From contig OY970378.1 of assembly GCA_963718875.1 (NCBI GenBank), positions 4,396 to 68,395 on the forward strand: a stretch of DNA of 64,000 nucleotides, written 5' to 3'. Shown in pieces: positions 9,917-18,683 of this stretch. The notes beneath the pieces are model-generated. The model worked only from the letters and a program-made list of their open reading frames with translations. It had not been told where the DNA came from and did no database searches. The position numbers were made by a program, and so were the translations under genes. Positions within the stretch are counted from its first letter, which is position 1. Each line of letters begins with the position of its first letter. Source of the DNA: Candidatus Parcubacteria bacterium (GTDB lineage Bacteria > Patescibacteriota > Saccharimonadia > UBA4664 > JBIOIQ01).

Positions 9917-10903
9917 CGCTGTCTCTTTGCGGCCCGTTTCATGCGTCGTTTCATCAGCCAATAAACCAGGATAGCTGGCACAACCGGAACGGCTATACCG
10001 AAGAGAATCACCCGCCACGGCACTACCCAAAAGCTAACGCTGCCGGTAAGAGGGATGTCTCTGGTGCCGTCATTGTAGGCCATGGTAAAGCTGGCGGTGT
10101 ACTTACCAAAACGGAGCTTGGGAACTTGGGTAAAGTCCCACTTAAGGGTCATTTCCGGTTGGTTGTTTTTAATGATGGGTTTACCATCTTGGAGCTTAGG
10201 GACATAGACAGGAAAGCCATCTTTCCAGGCGGCAGTGTAAATACGGTTGGAGTTGGGCAGGATATTGCCCCCCGAATCATTAACGTCAATGGTGGAAACA
10301 GGTTTCTTGCCTTTGGTAATGAAAATGTTACCTTTGGGAACTACGTGAATATTACCAGCATTACGGAGCTTAATGTTAAAAGTAGCCGGTAGGAACTCGT
10401 AGAACTTGTGGTCGGCAGTAAAGCTGACAGGGGTAAGTTGGCGCTTAGTGTTAGGAGAGTTAACTGCTAGCAACACTAGGGTGGCACTGGAACCGGCCAC
10501 TACAGCTTCGGCGCCGGTAGGCTTAATGTCTTCCGCTCGGGAAAAAGTAGCAGCCAGGTAGTAGCCAAAGGCAGCTGTTTTAGGAATAGCGATGGTCATC
10601 TTGATGGTTTTCCACTCTCCTGGTGGAGCGTCAAACACGCTGGGGCTAAATTTAACCCAGTCAAAATAGCTGTCCGCAGCCTGGCGGTCACTTAAAACTG
10701 GTGAGCCGTCCTCACCCTGGGCGCCAAACTTAATTAAGCCAACTTTTAGACGTTCGGGAGCAGTGCCATTGTTTTTAACCCGCAAGTCGGCAGTGACAGT
10801 AGTGCCAGGATTGGCGGTTAGGTTAATGGGGAGAGGTGAAGTAGCGATGGAGAGTGGTTGTCCGGCGGCGGTGAGCGGGAGAGGGATAAAAAGGAGGGAC
10901 AGG
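8984..10903. repeat. Near-identical ~898-bp tandem duplication (8984-9881 / 10006-10903)
   Basis: Offset 1022 bp; translations identical; only one nucleotide mismatch noticed. Confidence 0.92.
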
Positions 10904-10950
10904 AATATGGCTAAACTAAAACGGGTAAAATTAAAAGCACTCCACTTCAT
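9913..10950 (-). CDS. DUF916/DUF3324-like cell-surface protein, copy 1
   Basis: Signal peptide, SPLPINLTANPG..LRVKNNG, LRNAGNIHVVPKG, C-terminal TM; TATACT 6 nt before ATG. Confidence 0.8.
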   Translation of the reverse strand: MKWSAFNFTRFSLAIFLSLLFIPLPLTAAGQPLSIATSPLPINLTANPGTTVTADLRVKNNGTAPERLKVGLIKFGAQGEDGSPVLSDRQAADSYFDWVKFSPSVFDAPPGEWKTIKMTIAIPKTAAFGYYLAATFSRAEDIKPTGAEAVVAGSSATLVLLAVNSPNTKRQLTPVSFTADHKFYEFLPATFNIKLRNAGNIHVVPKGNIFITKGKKPVSTIDVNDSGGNILPNSNRIYTAAWKDGFPVYVPKLQDGKPIIKNNQPEMTLKWDFTQVPKLRFGKYTASFTMAYNDGTRDIPLTGSVSFWVVPWRVILFGIAVPVVPAILVYWLMKRRMKRAAKRQR

Positions 10951-10991
10951 GTTGTAAGTATACCCTAGCATAAGAGTGTTAGGAACAGGGT

Positions 10992-12194
10992 TTAGAATCT
11001 ACCGGCGGCAACAATTGTTAGAGTGTCGGCGTAGTCGGTGGCGGCAGGAGTAACGCCGGAAACAGTGGCACGCTCAACGAAGTTAATGACGTCACCAGCT
11101 GAAGTTCCGGTTGAGGAGGCGAATGGGGAATAAAAGCTGGGGTTAATGGGGCCCATTTTACAGGTACCGTTACCGGAGCAGGTGGCAAATCCACCCGTAG
11201 AGTCGTAGGCGGCATTGGCACTGGGGGTTCCAGCTTGGCCACCACCACCGGCGGTAACAGAGGTAACAGCAAAACCGTAGTCTTCAGCACCGGCCGTATT
11301 AGTGTGAGCAGCAGTACCAATTGAGTTAGTGGTGTTGTTAGATATTTTGTAGTTAGCAGCAGTTGGTGACATGAGGGCTCCATGTAAGTTGCCCGAGGAA
11401 GTATCGGAAACGGTTTTGGCGTTTGCACTTAAATCTTTAACATACGCTACCCAACCGCCGTTGGCATTGGTGGTGACGGAAATGTTTAAGGCCGCCGTTG
11501 AGACTGTGCTAGAGGGGTCTAGGTTGGTACTAAATGCTTGTGAATTACCACTTAGAGTAAAGATGAAAGTTGGCGGAACAGTGGCTGTAACATTAACTTG
11601 ATCGGCGGTGATGCTTGAACCAATGATGGAAACAGCATATGCGCTGGTGGCGGCGTCGGCAGTACCTGGGTAAGCGCCTGTACGAGTTGTAACTGTGCCA
11701 GCCAAGTTATTGCCCGAAGTAGCAGGAGTCCTAAGCGCGGTAGTGGAGTTGGTCCAGTTAAAGCAGTAAACGGCCGCCGAAGCAAGGTTGCCACTAACAA
11801 AATCGACGGTTTGAGCAGCAGGTGCGTTGGTAGGCTGAGCGATGCCGGTCCATGCTACCGACCCCGCAGGCCACGATGTGTTAGTTGTACTATTAACAGC
11901 CCAATCTGCTTGGGTGGCGCTAAGAACAAATCCAGTAGGGAATACTACTCGAGCGGTAGTTTCGGTGCCAGCCACATTGGCGGCAGACATGTTGGCGCAA
12001 ACCGTACCCGAAGCAAAGACGCTACCGCCGTTGGAGGCAGCAACGCGATCAAGTCGTACTGTGATTTCGTTAAACTCAGGTGCCGCCATAGCCGTACCCG
12101 TCATAAACGGAACAAAAGCTTGGAATAGTAAAGCAACGATACTTGCAATACGCAGGCGTTGAAGGAAGTTTCTATTTAGAAACTGGTTTCTCAT
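10992..12194 (-). CDS. Secreted WxL/SCPU-pilin-like two-domain protein
   Basis: Signal peptide; Ser/Thr/Ala-rich beta protein; VNVTATVPPTF linker; C-terminal TPAATDYADTLTIVAAGRF strand. Confidence 0.75.
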   Translation of the reverse strand: MRNQFLNRNFLQRLRIASIVALLFQAFVPFMTGTAMAAPEFNEITVRLDRVAASNGGSVFASGTVCANMSAANVAGTETTARVVFPTGFVLSATQADWAVNSTTNTSWPAGSVAWTGIAQPTNAPAAQTVDFVSGNLASAAVYCFNWTNSTTALRTPATSGNNLAGTVTTRTGAYPGTADAATSAYAVSIIGSSITADQVNVTATVPPTFIFTLSGNSQAFSTNLDPSSTVSTAALNISVTTNANGGWVAYVKDLSANAKTVSDTSSGNLHGALMSPTAANYKISNNTTNSIGTAAHTNTAGAEDYGFAVTSVTAGGGGQAGTPSANAAYDSTGGFATCSGNGTCKMGPINPSFYSPFASSTGTSAGDVINFVERATVSGVTPAATDYADTLTIVAAGRF

Positions 12195-12287
12195 CAATTT
12201 ATAACCCACTTGCTAAAACTCTAATGCTTAAATCATAATCATGAATTTACTCATTGTCAACCTCTCTTCAGATACCTGCGTTCCATA

Positions 12288-12320
12288 ACAAAAAGACCCT
12301 CGTATGAAGGTCTTTTTGTT
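12288..12320 (-). terminator. Rho-independent terminator
   Basis: aacaaaaagacc...ggtctttttgtt downstream of 12343-13527. Confidence 0.75.
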
Positions 12321-12342
12321 ATAACTAAAGTAAAAGTATCTT

Positions 12343-13527
12343 TTAGAACCTGCCAGCGGCAACAATAGTTAGAGTGTCGGCGTAGTCGGTGGCGGCAGGA
12401 GTAATACCAGCAATGTTGGCACGCTCTACAAAGCTAATGACGTCACCAGCTGAAGTTCCGGTTGAGGAGGCAAATGGGGAATAAAAGCTGGGGTTAATGG
12501 GGCCCATTTTACAGGTACCGTTACCGGAGCAGGTGGCAAATCCACCCGTAGAGTCGTAGGCGGCATTGGCACTGGGGGTTCCAGCTTGGCCACCACCACC
12601 GGCGGTAACAGAGGTAACAGCAAAACCGTAGTCTTCAGCACCGGCCGTATTAGTGTGAGCAGCAGTACCAATTGAGTTAGTGGTGTTGTTAGATATTTTG
12701 TAGTTAGCAGCAGTTGGTGACATGAGGGCTCCATGTAAGTTGCCCGAGGAAGTATCGGAAACGGTTTTGGCATTGGCACTTAAATCCTTGACGTAAGCCA
12801 CCCAACCAGCCGAGGCGTTGGTGGTGACAGAAATGTTTAAGGCCGCCGTTGAGACAGTGGTAGCAGGATCTAGGTTGGTACTAAATGGTTGGGAGTTACC
12901 ACTTAGAGTAAAGATGAAGGTTGGCGGAACAGTGGCTGTAACATTAACTTGATCGCCTGTTCCACCGGAGCCTATTACAGAAGTGGCGTAGTTACTAGAG
13001 GCGGCGTCGGCAGTACCTGGGTAAGCGCCTGTACGGGTTGTAACTGAGCCGGTCAGGTTGTTCCCCGCACTGGCTGGCGTACTAAGGGCTGTGGTTGTGT
13101 TGGTCCAGTTAAAACAATAAATATTTGCCGAGGCAAGGTCACCGCTTACAAAGTCGACGGTTTGACCGGTGGGCGCATTAGTAGGTAGAGAGATGCCGGT
13201 CCATGATACTGCCCCCACAGGCCACGAGGTGTTAGATGTACTGTTAACCGTCCAGTTAGCAGGTGTAGTGCTGACAGTAAAGCCCGTAGGAAACACTACC
13301 CTGACGGTGGTTTCGGTGCCAGCTACATTGCCCGCGGTTGCGTTGACGCAAACGGTTCCGGAAGTAAAGACCGTACCCGCGGAAAGACGATCAAAACGAA
13401 CTAAAGCATAAGTGTACGGAGCGGCGGCGGCAGTGCCTACCATAAATGGAACAAAAGCTTGGAATAGTAAAGCTACGATGCTGGCTATTCGAAAGCGCTG
13501 AAATATTTTATGATTGTGTATTTTCAT
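12343..13527 (-). CDS. Secreted WxL/SCPU-pilin-like protein, paralog of 10992-12194
   Basis: Near-identical C-terminal half and signal peptide; AGGGGA SD-like element upstream. Confidence 0.8.
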   Translation of the reverse strand: MKIHNHKIFQRFRIASIVALLFQAFVPFMVGTAAAAPYTYALVRFDRLSAGTVFTSGTVCVNATAGNVAGTETTVRVVFPTGFTVSTTPANWTVNSTSNTSWPVGAVSWTGISLPTNAPTGQTVDFVSGDLASANIYCFNWTNTTTALSTPASAGNNLTGSVTTRTGAYPGTADAASSNYATSVIGSGGTGDQVNVTATVPPTFIFTLSGNSQPFSTNLDPATTVSTAALNISVTTNASAGWVAYVKDLSANAKTVSDTSSGNLHGALMSPTAANYKISNNTTNSIGTAAHTNTAGAEDYGFAVTSVTAGGGGQAGTPSANAAYDSTGGFATCSGNGTCKMGPINPSFYSPFASSTGTSAGDVISFVERANIAGITPAATDYADTLTIVAAGRF

Positions 13528-13622
13528 GGCTGTTGTTGAGTTTCCCCTTTTTTTATTTTTGTTTTTTTATATGAATACATTAAGAGTTTGGATCAAAGTT
13601 CTTATGCTGTCAAGCTTTTTTT

Positions 13623-13754
13623 CTGACCCACGTGCACTTTGCGAATTTTGATGTCATGTTGAGCTTGTCGAAACATCTATCCAGATAGATCTCTTCCGTC
13701 GACTGACGGATCGAGATGACAATAGGAAGAGAACTAAAAGTGCACGTGGGTCAG
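13623..13754. mobile_element. MITE (132 bp) with 18-bp TIR and 8-bp TSD, containing a GTCAT...ATGAC REP-like core
   Basis: ctgacccacgtgcacttt ... aaagtgcacgtgggtcag, flanked on both sides by cttttttt. Confidence 0.8.
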
Positions 13755-13774
13755 CTTTTTTTGGCCTTTATTGG

Positions 13775-14809
13775 CTAAAACGATCCCGAGGCGACTAGTG
13801 TTAGAGTATCTGTGTAGTCGCTGGCTGACGGGGTTGTGGCGCTAGCTTTAGCCTTAATGACAATCTGAGCCGAACCGCCCGTTATTGGGGCAGTGCTATT
13901 AAAAATAGTTTGAAAAGCTAACGCCAGCCCTCCAACGTTATTTGTGGAGCCATTAAATGGGCTTGCTACCGTAAATGGACCTCCGCTTGATTGAGTAGCA
14001 CTAGCTCCTTGTGCCCCATAGCCCGATGAGGCTGCACTAAGATCGGCGGTCGAAGAAACAATTAGTGGCCCAACCACATTACTTTTAAGCCCGGCATTTT
14101 TTGAGGCCACATAAACATTTCCCCCGGATTCGGCATTGGTATCAAGTGTGATACTGCCGTTGGGGGTAGCGGTAATAACGCTCCCGGCCGAAAGCGTACC
14201 TAGGTCTACCGTGCTGGGAGAGACAGAAAAAGATAATTGAGCAGTGGACGTTGATGCAGCCGCAGTAGGCCCGTAAGCTGACTCTGTAAATCTACCCTGA
14301 ATTGCCCTGGCTTTAACGGTGTAAGTAGTGTTGGGAGTTAAGCCTATTACCGTTGTTCCCGAGCCGCTACCCCATGACGAGTAGGTTCGGTAGTCTGTTG
14401 GGTAAACCAAGGTCGTGCCAACCGTATTGTCGCTTTTTACGTAATTAATGTTACTAGCAAATGCGTCGGTGCTAATCGCTACTGCGTACAATGCATCCGT
14501 AGGATTGCCTTGGGTACCAATAGTAATAAGTAGCTTATTATAGAAATTATTAACATTGGTAATGGTAATAGTGGGAACGTTGGAGTTTTGAGCATTATTA
14601 TTTCCGGATTGAACCGCCTTTGCAGTACCCGTAGACTGAGCGGTACTTTGTTCTCCGGCTGTGCCATTTACTCTATAAGTAGTCGAAGCCGAACTAGCTG
14701 TACCGCCAGTCCCTATGCTGTAATTATGCAGCTGATAGGTTGTGCTTGACGGCAATGCGGCTAACAGCATAACTGTACCGCCTAAAAAAGTACTAAACCA
14801 TCCACTCAT
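13775..14809 (-). CDS. Secreted FN3-like plus WxL/pilin-like protein
   Basis: GLTPNTTYTVKARA (FN3-like); C-terminal TPSASDYTDTLTLVASGSF; TATGAT 6 nt before ATG. Confidence 0.75.
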   Translation of the reverse strand: MSGWFSTFLGGTVMLLAALPSSTTYQLHNYSIGTGGTASSASTTYRVNGTAGEQSTAQSTGTAKAVQSGNNNAQNSNVPTITITNVNNFYNKLLITIGTQGNPTDALYAVAISTDAFASNINYVKSDNTVGTTLVYPTDYRTYSSWGSGSGTTVIGLTPNTTYTVKARAIQGRFTESAYGPTAAASTSTAQLSFSVSPSTVDLGTLSAGSVITATPNGSITLDTNAESGGNVYVASKNAGLKSNVVGPLIVSSTADLSAASSGYGAQGASATQSSGGPFTVASPFNGSTNNVGGLALAFQTIFNSTAPITGGSAQIVIKAKASATTPSASDYTDTLTLVASGSF

Positions 14810-14857
14810 ACCCTTATCATAAGATAAGCATAGGCGTTTTACAACGGGACTAGGGTT

Positions 14858-15675
14858 GGTTCATTACGCTTAAAGCGGAAAGCATACTTTTATGCAGTGT
14901 AAATGGACTTTCAATAACTCCGGGTGGCTTTTCTTTAGCATGGAACTCTAGCAATATCTTGGTAAGAAGCGTCCTCAGAAGCCAATCCCCGATACGGATC
15001 ACAAACCGGTCCAGACAGCTTCAATCATTTTCGGCCAGGTTAATTTTAGTTTTAAAGAACCCGACTTAAAGACCAGGTGAAGGCGTATCATTTTTGAGGT
15101 TTTTAGGAAGTTATATAACGTGTTATATAACTATTTGTCTTTTTAAAAAATGCAATAGCCCAGGTTGAGCATCTGGCTGAAAATGTGAGGCATAATAGGC
15201 AGGTTGTATGGTTAAATTAACCATACAAATTTCAAAATTATATAATTCGTCAAACACCCTAAAAAGACATAAGTACTTCCTGCCCGAAAAAGGCATAGGC
15301 ACTCTCTTAAATAAAAAGCTAGGTTAGTGGGCTAGTTATCTCTTCGTTCAAAAACACTAAGGGATTACCACAGACGTCAAGCTGCTAAAAGACTTTTGAC
15401 TTCTGCTAGCGGGAGATAGGAGAGGCTGCACAAAGACATTTAAATGGTCTTATCTTAAATGTGTGCTACTTGCCCAGCATCTACCTGTCGGTAGACGCTG
15501 GGCTCAACAAATATGTAAGATGCCGCGTGTCCGAACCGAAAAAACGCAACTTAGCATTATGACAGCCCTGTCCGCTAAAAGTTTCAAAACTTTACTTAAA
15601 CAGCTCTGGTCATCTAGAGGCTAACTGGTTTGTCCTAGTTAGATTGTAGCTTGTTCCGTTTTAGCGTAATGAACC
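14858..15675. other. 818-nt ORF-free, hairpin-rich segment with complementary ends (candidate large ncRNA or non-autonomous element)
   Basis: ggttcattacgct (14858-14870) / agcgtaatgaacc (15663-15675), pairing extends further with G-U and bulges; many internal hairpins. Confidence 0.5.
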
Positions 15676-15680
15676 TGAGG

Positions 15681-16277
15681 TTAGTTCCAGCGAAAAGTGG
15701 ACATAATGTGATCCATGACTGCGCCATGCTCATCGGCATCTGCTTGTGGCGACGTAAAAGCAATTGTGGCTAGCTTATCGTGGCGCGGAATAAAAACCGT
15801 TTGCTCATAGCCTTCCTGAGTTTTTGTCATTATGATGGCTTCACTTCCGCCTACCTGTGCTTTTGTTTGAGTATAAAGTTCTGGCCTAAGTTGACGAAAA
15901 CGATATGAGGAATTTTCATTTATATTGGTAAAGCGAGCCTGGACGGCTACCGCCAGATGGTCGGAGCCGGCGATGCTACTAGTATTAAGAAGAAAATTGT
16001 CAAGATCGCCATAGCTCGCGCCATTCCCAAGCGGGGCTAAACTAAAGGACGAGGGATAAGAAAGGGTAAAAGTTTTTCCTTTCAGTTCTATATATGTTAC
16101 TTTTTTGCGGCTGGCGACAGAGGCTGTAGGGGTTTTTGTTTGAACCGTGCCTTGGGCAGGATTAGAGAGCAGATTTTTCAAGAGCCACCCGACCGCAAGC
16201 AATATCATGACAATACAGACTGTTCCTAATATAATGAGTCGTCGCGGTTTTGAAGTTTTAGTCATATCCGGAGGCAT
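15681..16277 (-). CDS. Membrane-anchored PsbP-like protein
   Basis: N-terminal TM; FTLSYPSSF; C-terminal IMSTFRWN typical of PsbP/Mog1 fold. Confidence 0.65.
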   Translation of the reverse strand: MPPDMTKTSKPRRLIILGTVCIVMILLAVGWLLKNLLSNPAQGTVQTKTPTASVASRKKVTYIELKGKTFTLSYPSSFSLAPLGNGASYGDLDNFLLNTSSIAGSDHLAVAVQARFTNINENSSYRFRQLRPELYTQTKAQVGGSEAIIMTKTQEGYEQTVFIPRHDKLATIAFTSPQADADEHGAVMDHIMSTFRWN

Positions 16278-16283
16278 GCTACT

Positions 16284-17252
16284 TTAAGTACCTAACGCTG
16301 GAGTTTGTGGTAGTCCTCGCTCCTCAGCTTTACGTCCTCGCCATTCACCCAACCAAAAGCTAACTACCATTAAAAGCAGAAGCGCCCAGATTGGCCAGGC
16401 CAAAAGCAACTGTCCCCCAGTAGGTCGGCTTGTAGTAAGCGCGGCTCCGACGTCGTTATTCACGATGGCGGCTAACTGTAACAGACCAGCTGTGCCAACC
16501 GAATCTACCGCTTTAATGGTTAAAACGTAACTGCCCTTATAACCGCCAGCTTTTTTGTATGTATGGGTGATGGTGAACTTGCCGGGAGTTGTGCGGGTGA
16601 AGAGATTGCTTGTTCCATCGCCCCAATCCACACTAACGGCATATGGGGCTTGACCGCCGAGTACTTCGACTTCCCAACTAACATTCTGACCAGGAACACT
16701 GCCTTTATAGATGCTGGGGGCTTTAATGATGACGTTGCCGTTTTGGCCATTAACCGAACCGTTAATGACATTAAGGGGGCTGGACGGTAAATCGTAGTAC
16801 GCAATCACTTCATTTGAATCTGGGCTTGATTGGTTGGCTTGATTTAGCATTTTTGCTACCAATTTGTTTTGCCCTATAAAAAGGTCGGCCTGCATGGCAA
16901 ATTGCCCCGTACGATCACAAATGACGGCCCCAGCAAGTACATCGTTTTTATAAACGTTGACCAGTAGCCCGCTTTGACAGGTACCCCTAATATTGATGGG
17001 GTTACTGGTGAAGCGCTGGCCATTTGCTGGGGCTGTAATAATAGGCCCATTTTTAGGGATAGCCCCCGGCACGACCGCCTGGACAGATATGGTACTAGTA
17101 ACAGGAGGAGGATCGTCAGCTTGGGCGAAAGCAGTAAGGCCAGCTAAGATGACTCCAGCAAGTAAAGTCACAAAAAGCAGCGATCCGTAAGAAGTGTGAT
17201 GGTGGGGTTGATAACGACCAGTGTGGCGATGGGGACTAAGCTTTGGTTTCAT
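16284..17252 (-). CDS. Ig-like/PKD membrane protein with N-terminal HHTSY motif
   Basis: PHHHTSY + TM, ITAPANGQRF Ig-like, VDWGDG PKD, C-terminal TM ending SFWLGE. Confidence 0.78.
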   Translation of the reverse strand: MKPKLSPHRHTGRYQPHHHTSYGSLLFVTLLAGVILAGLTAFAQADDPPPVTSTISVQAVVPGAIPKNGPIITAPANGQRFTSNPINIRGTCQSGLLVNVYKNDVLAGAVICDRTGQFAMQADLFIGQNKLVAKMLNQANQSSPDSNEVIAYYDLPSSPLNVINGSVNGQNGNVIIKAPSIYKGSVPGQNVSWEVEVLGGQAPYAVSVDWGDGTSNLFTRTTPGKFTITHTYKKAGGYKGSYVLTIKAVDSVGTAGLLQLAAIVNNDVGAALTTSRPTGGQLLLAWPIWALLLLMVVSFWLGEWRGRKAEERGLPQTPALGT

Positions 17253-17272
17253 CAAGGTTATTGTAGCATAAT

Positions 17273-17535
17273 AGCTTTGAGCTTTGAGCTTTGAGCTTTG
17301 AGCTTTGAGCTTTGAGCTTTGAGCTTTGAGCTTTGAGCTTTGAGCTTTGAGCTTTGAGCTTTGAGCTTTGAGCTTTGAGCTTTGAGCTTTGAGCTTTGAG
17401 CTTTGAGCTTTGAGCTTTGAGCTTTGAGCTTTGAGCTTTGAGCTTTGAGCTTTGAGCTTTGAGCTTTGAGCTTTGAGCTTTGAGCTTTGAGCTTTGAGCT
17501 TTGAGCTTTGAGCTTTGAGCTTTGAGCTTTGAGCT
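17273..17535. repeat. Perfect heptamer microsatellite (AGCTTTG)x37
   Basis: 259 bp of perfect 7-mers (17273-17531) plus partial AGCT. Confidence 0.97.
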
Positions 17536-17694
17536 GGTTAATTATGTTTTGAGGAACTGAAGTGTCAAATGCCTGCCCTGAGCGAAGACGAAGGGTCAAA
17601 TGTTAATTGTTCCCGAGGTGTTAAATGTTAAATGGATGCCGTTGTACAAGACTAGCCATAAGCAGTATTATGTTAAGCGTTAAGAAGTTTTTTT

Positions 17695-18669
17695 GTGCAG
17701 CCATCTTCTCCCAATATTCGTCCCGATCCGCAAACCCAGGATCCCAACACCCAGACGTCTGGAGTGGCACCCTTAATGCCCTTGGATGCTTCCCTCGACG
17801 GATCTGCATCAACAGCTAAACGTCGTTCGCCGTTCGACACCTTGCGCAGAGCTCGTAGGACTAGCATAATTGCTGGCCTACTGGTAGCAGGCTTAGTAGC
17901 AATTATTATTGTGCTTTATATCACAAATGGAGCCAAACGTTCTGGACAGACGTCGAGCGGGTCTTTATCGGATACTGATTTGCAAAAACTTTCGTCAAAA
18001 AATATTAGCGGCGGGGGGTCTAACCAAGACTTGACGTTCCATAGCCCTACTACATTCGACAATACGCTTAAGGTTTCTGGTGCAACAACCCTAAAAGACT
18101 TATCTATTAGCGGCATCTTCAGCCCCAGCAGTATTGACGTAGGCAAAAACTTTCAAGTTGGCGGCGTAACGCTTTTGCAAGGAGATGTCACCACCAAGGG
18201 TGCGCTTTTAGTAGGTAATAATCTGACTGTTACGGGCTTAAGTAGTTTTGGAGGTAATGCCACATTCAACAGCGGGGCTGCTTTTGCAGGGAGTTTATCG
18301 GCTGACTCTTTAACTGTAAAAACTGCCAGCATCGGCGGTTTATCCTTCGGGCACATTGTGACCACTGGCGCTAACCCATCGGGAGCCATGGCAGTTGCGG
18401 CAGGAGGTGGAAGTTTTGTTATCAGTGGAAACGATACTAGCGGAACCATTACTTTTACAGTTGGGGGCAGCCCAATTGGCGGAGAAATGGTGAAGCTAAA
18501 CTTTCGCACTCCATACACCAGCACACCTCACGTTAATTTAACACCTGTTAATACTAGTTCAGCCGGTTCTCAATATTACGTAACCCGATCAGTTACAGCT
18601 TTTACTATTAATATCATTAATCCCACTCCGGGGGCACAATATGTGTTTGATTATCTTGTTACGCAGTAA
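17695..18669 (+). CDS. Membrane-anchored beta-fibre-like surface protein
   Basis: N-terminal TM; G.LTV.G beta-repeat region; C-terminal SGNDTSGTITFT...PHVNLTPVN...FDYLVTQ domain. Confidence 0.75.
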   Translation: MQPSSPNIRPDPQTQDPNTQTSGVAPLMPLDASLDGSASTAKRRSPFDTLRRARRTSIIAGLLVAGLVAIIIVLYITNGAKRSGQTSSGSLSDTDLQKLSSKNISGGGSNQDLTFHSPTTFDNTLKVSGATTLKDLSISGIFSPSSIDVGKNFQVGGVTLLQGDVTTKGALLVGNNLTVTGLSSFGGNATFNSGAAFAGSLSADSLTVKTASIGGLSFGHIVTTGANPSGAMAVAAGGGSFVISGNDTSGTITFTVGGSPIGGEMVKLNFRTPYTSTPHVNLTPVNTSSAGSQYYVTRSVTAFTINIINPTPGAQYVFDYLVTQ

Positions 18670-18683
18670 CTACCCTAATCGGC

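Noticed and set aside
14890-14920. RNase P RNA (GAAAGTCC on the minus strand)
   Set aside because: Motif lacks GAG context, lies at the wrong end of the segment, and no 3' P4 partner is visible.
14858-15675. Group I/II intron or tmRNA
   Set aside because: No interrupted gene, no domain V or P7 consensus, no tRNA-like ends.
17273-17535. CRISPR array
   Set aside because: No spacers, 7-bp unit and no cas genes in the window.
17258-17599. ORF of QSSKLKA repeats
   Set aside because: Just the translation of the heptamer array, starting in a repeat-like hairpin; no independent coding evidence.
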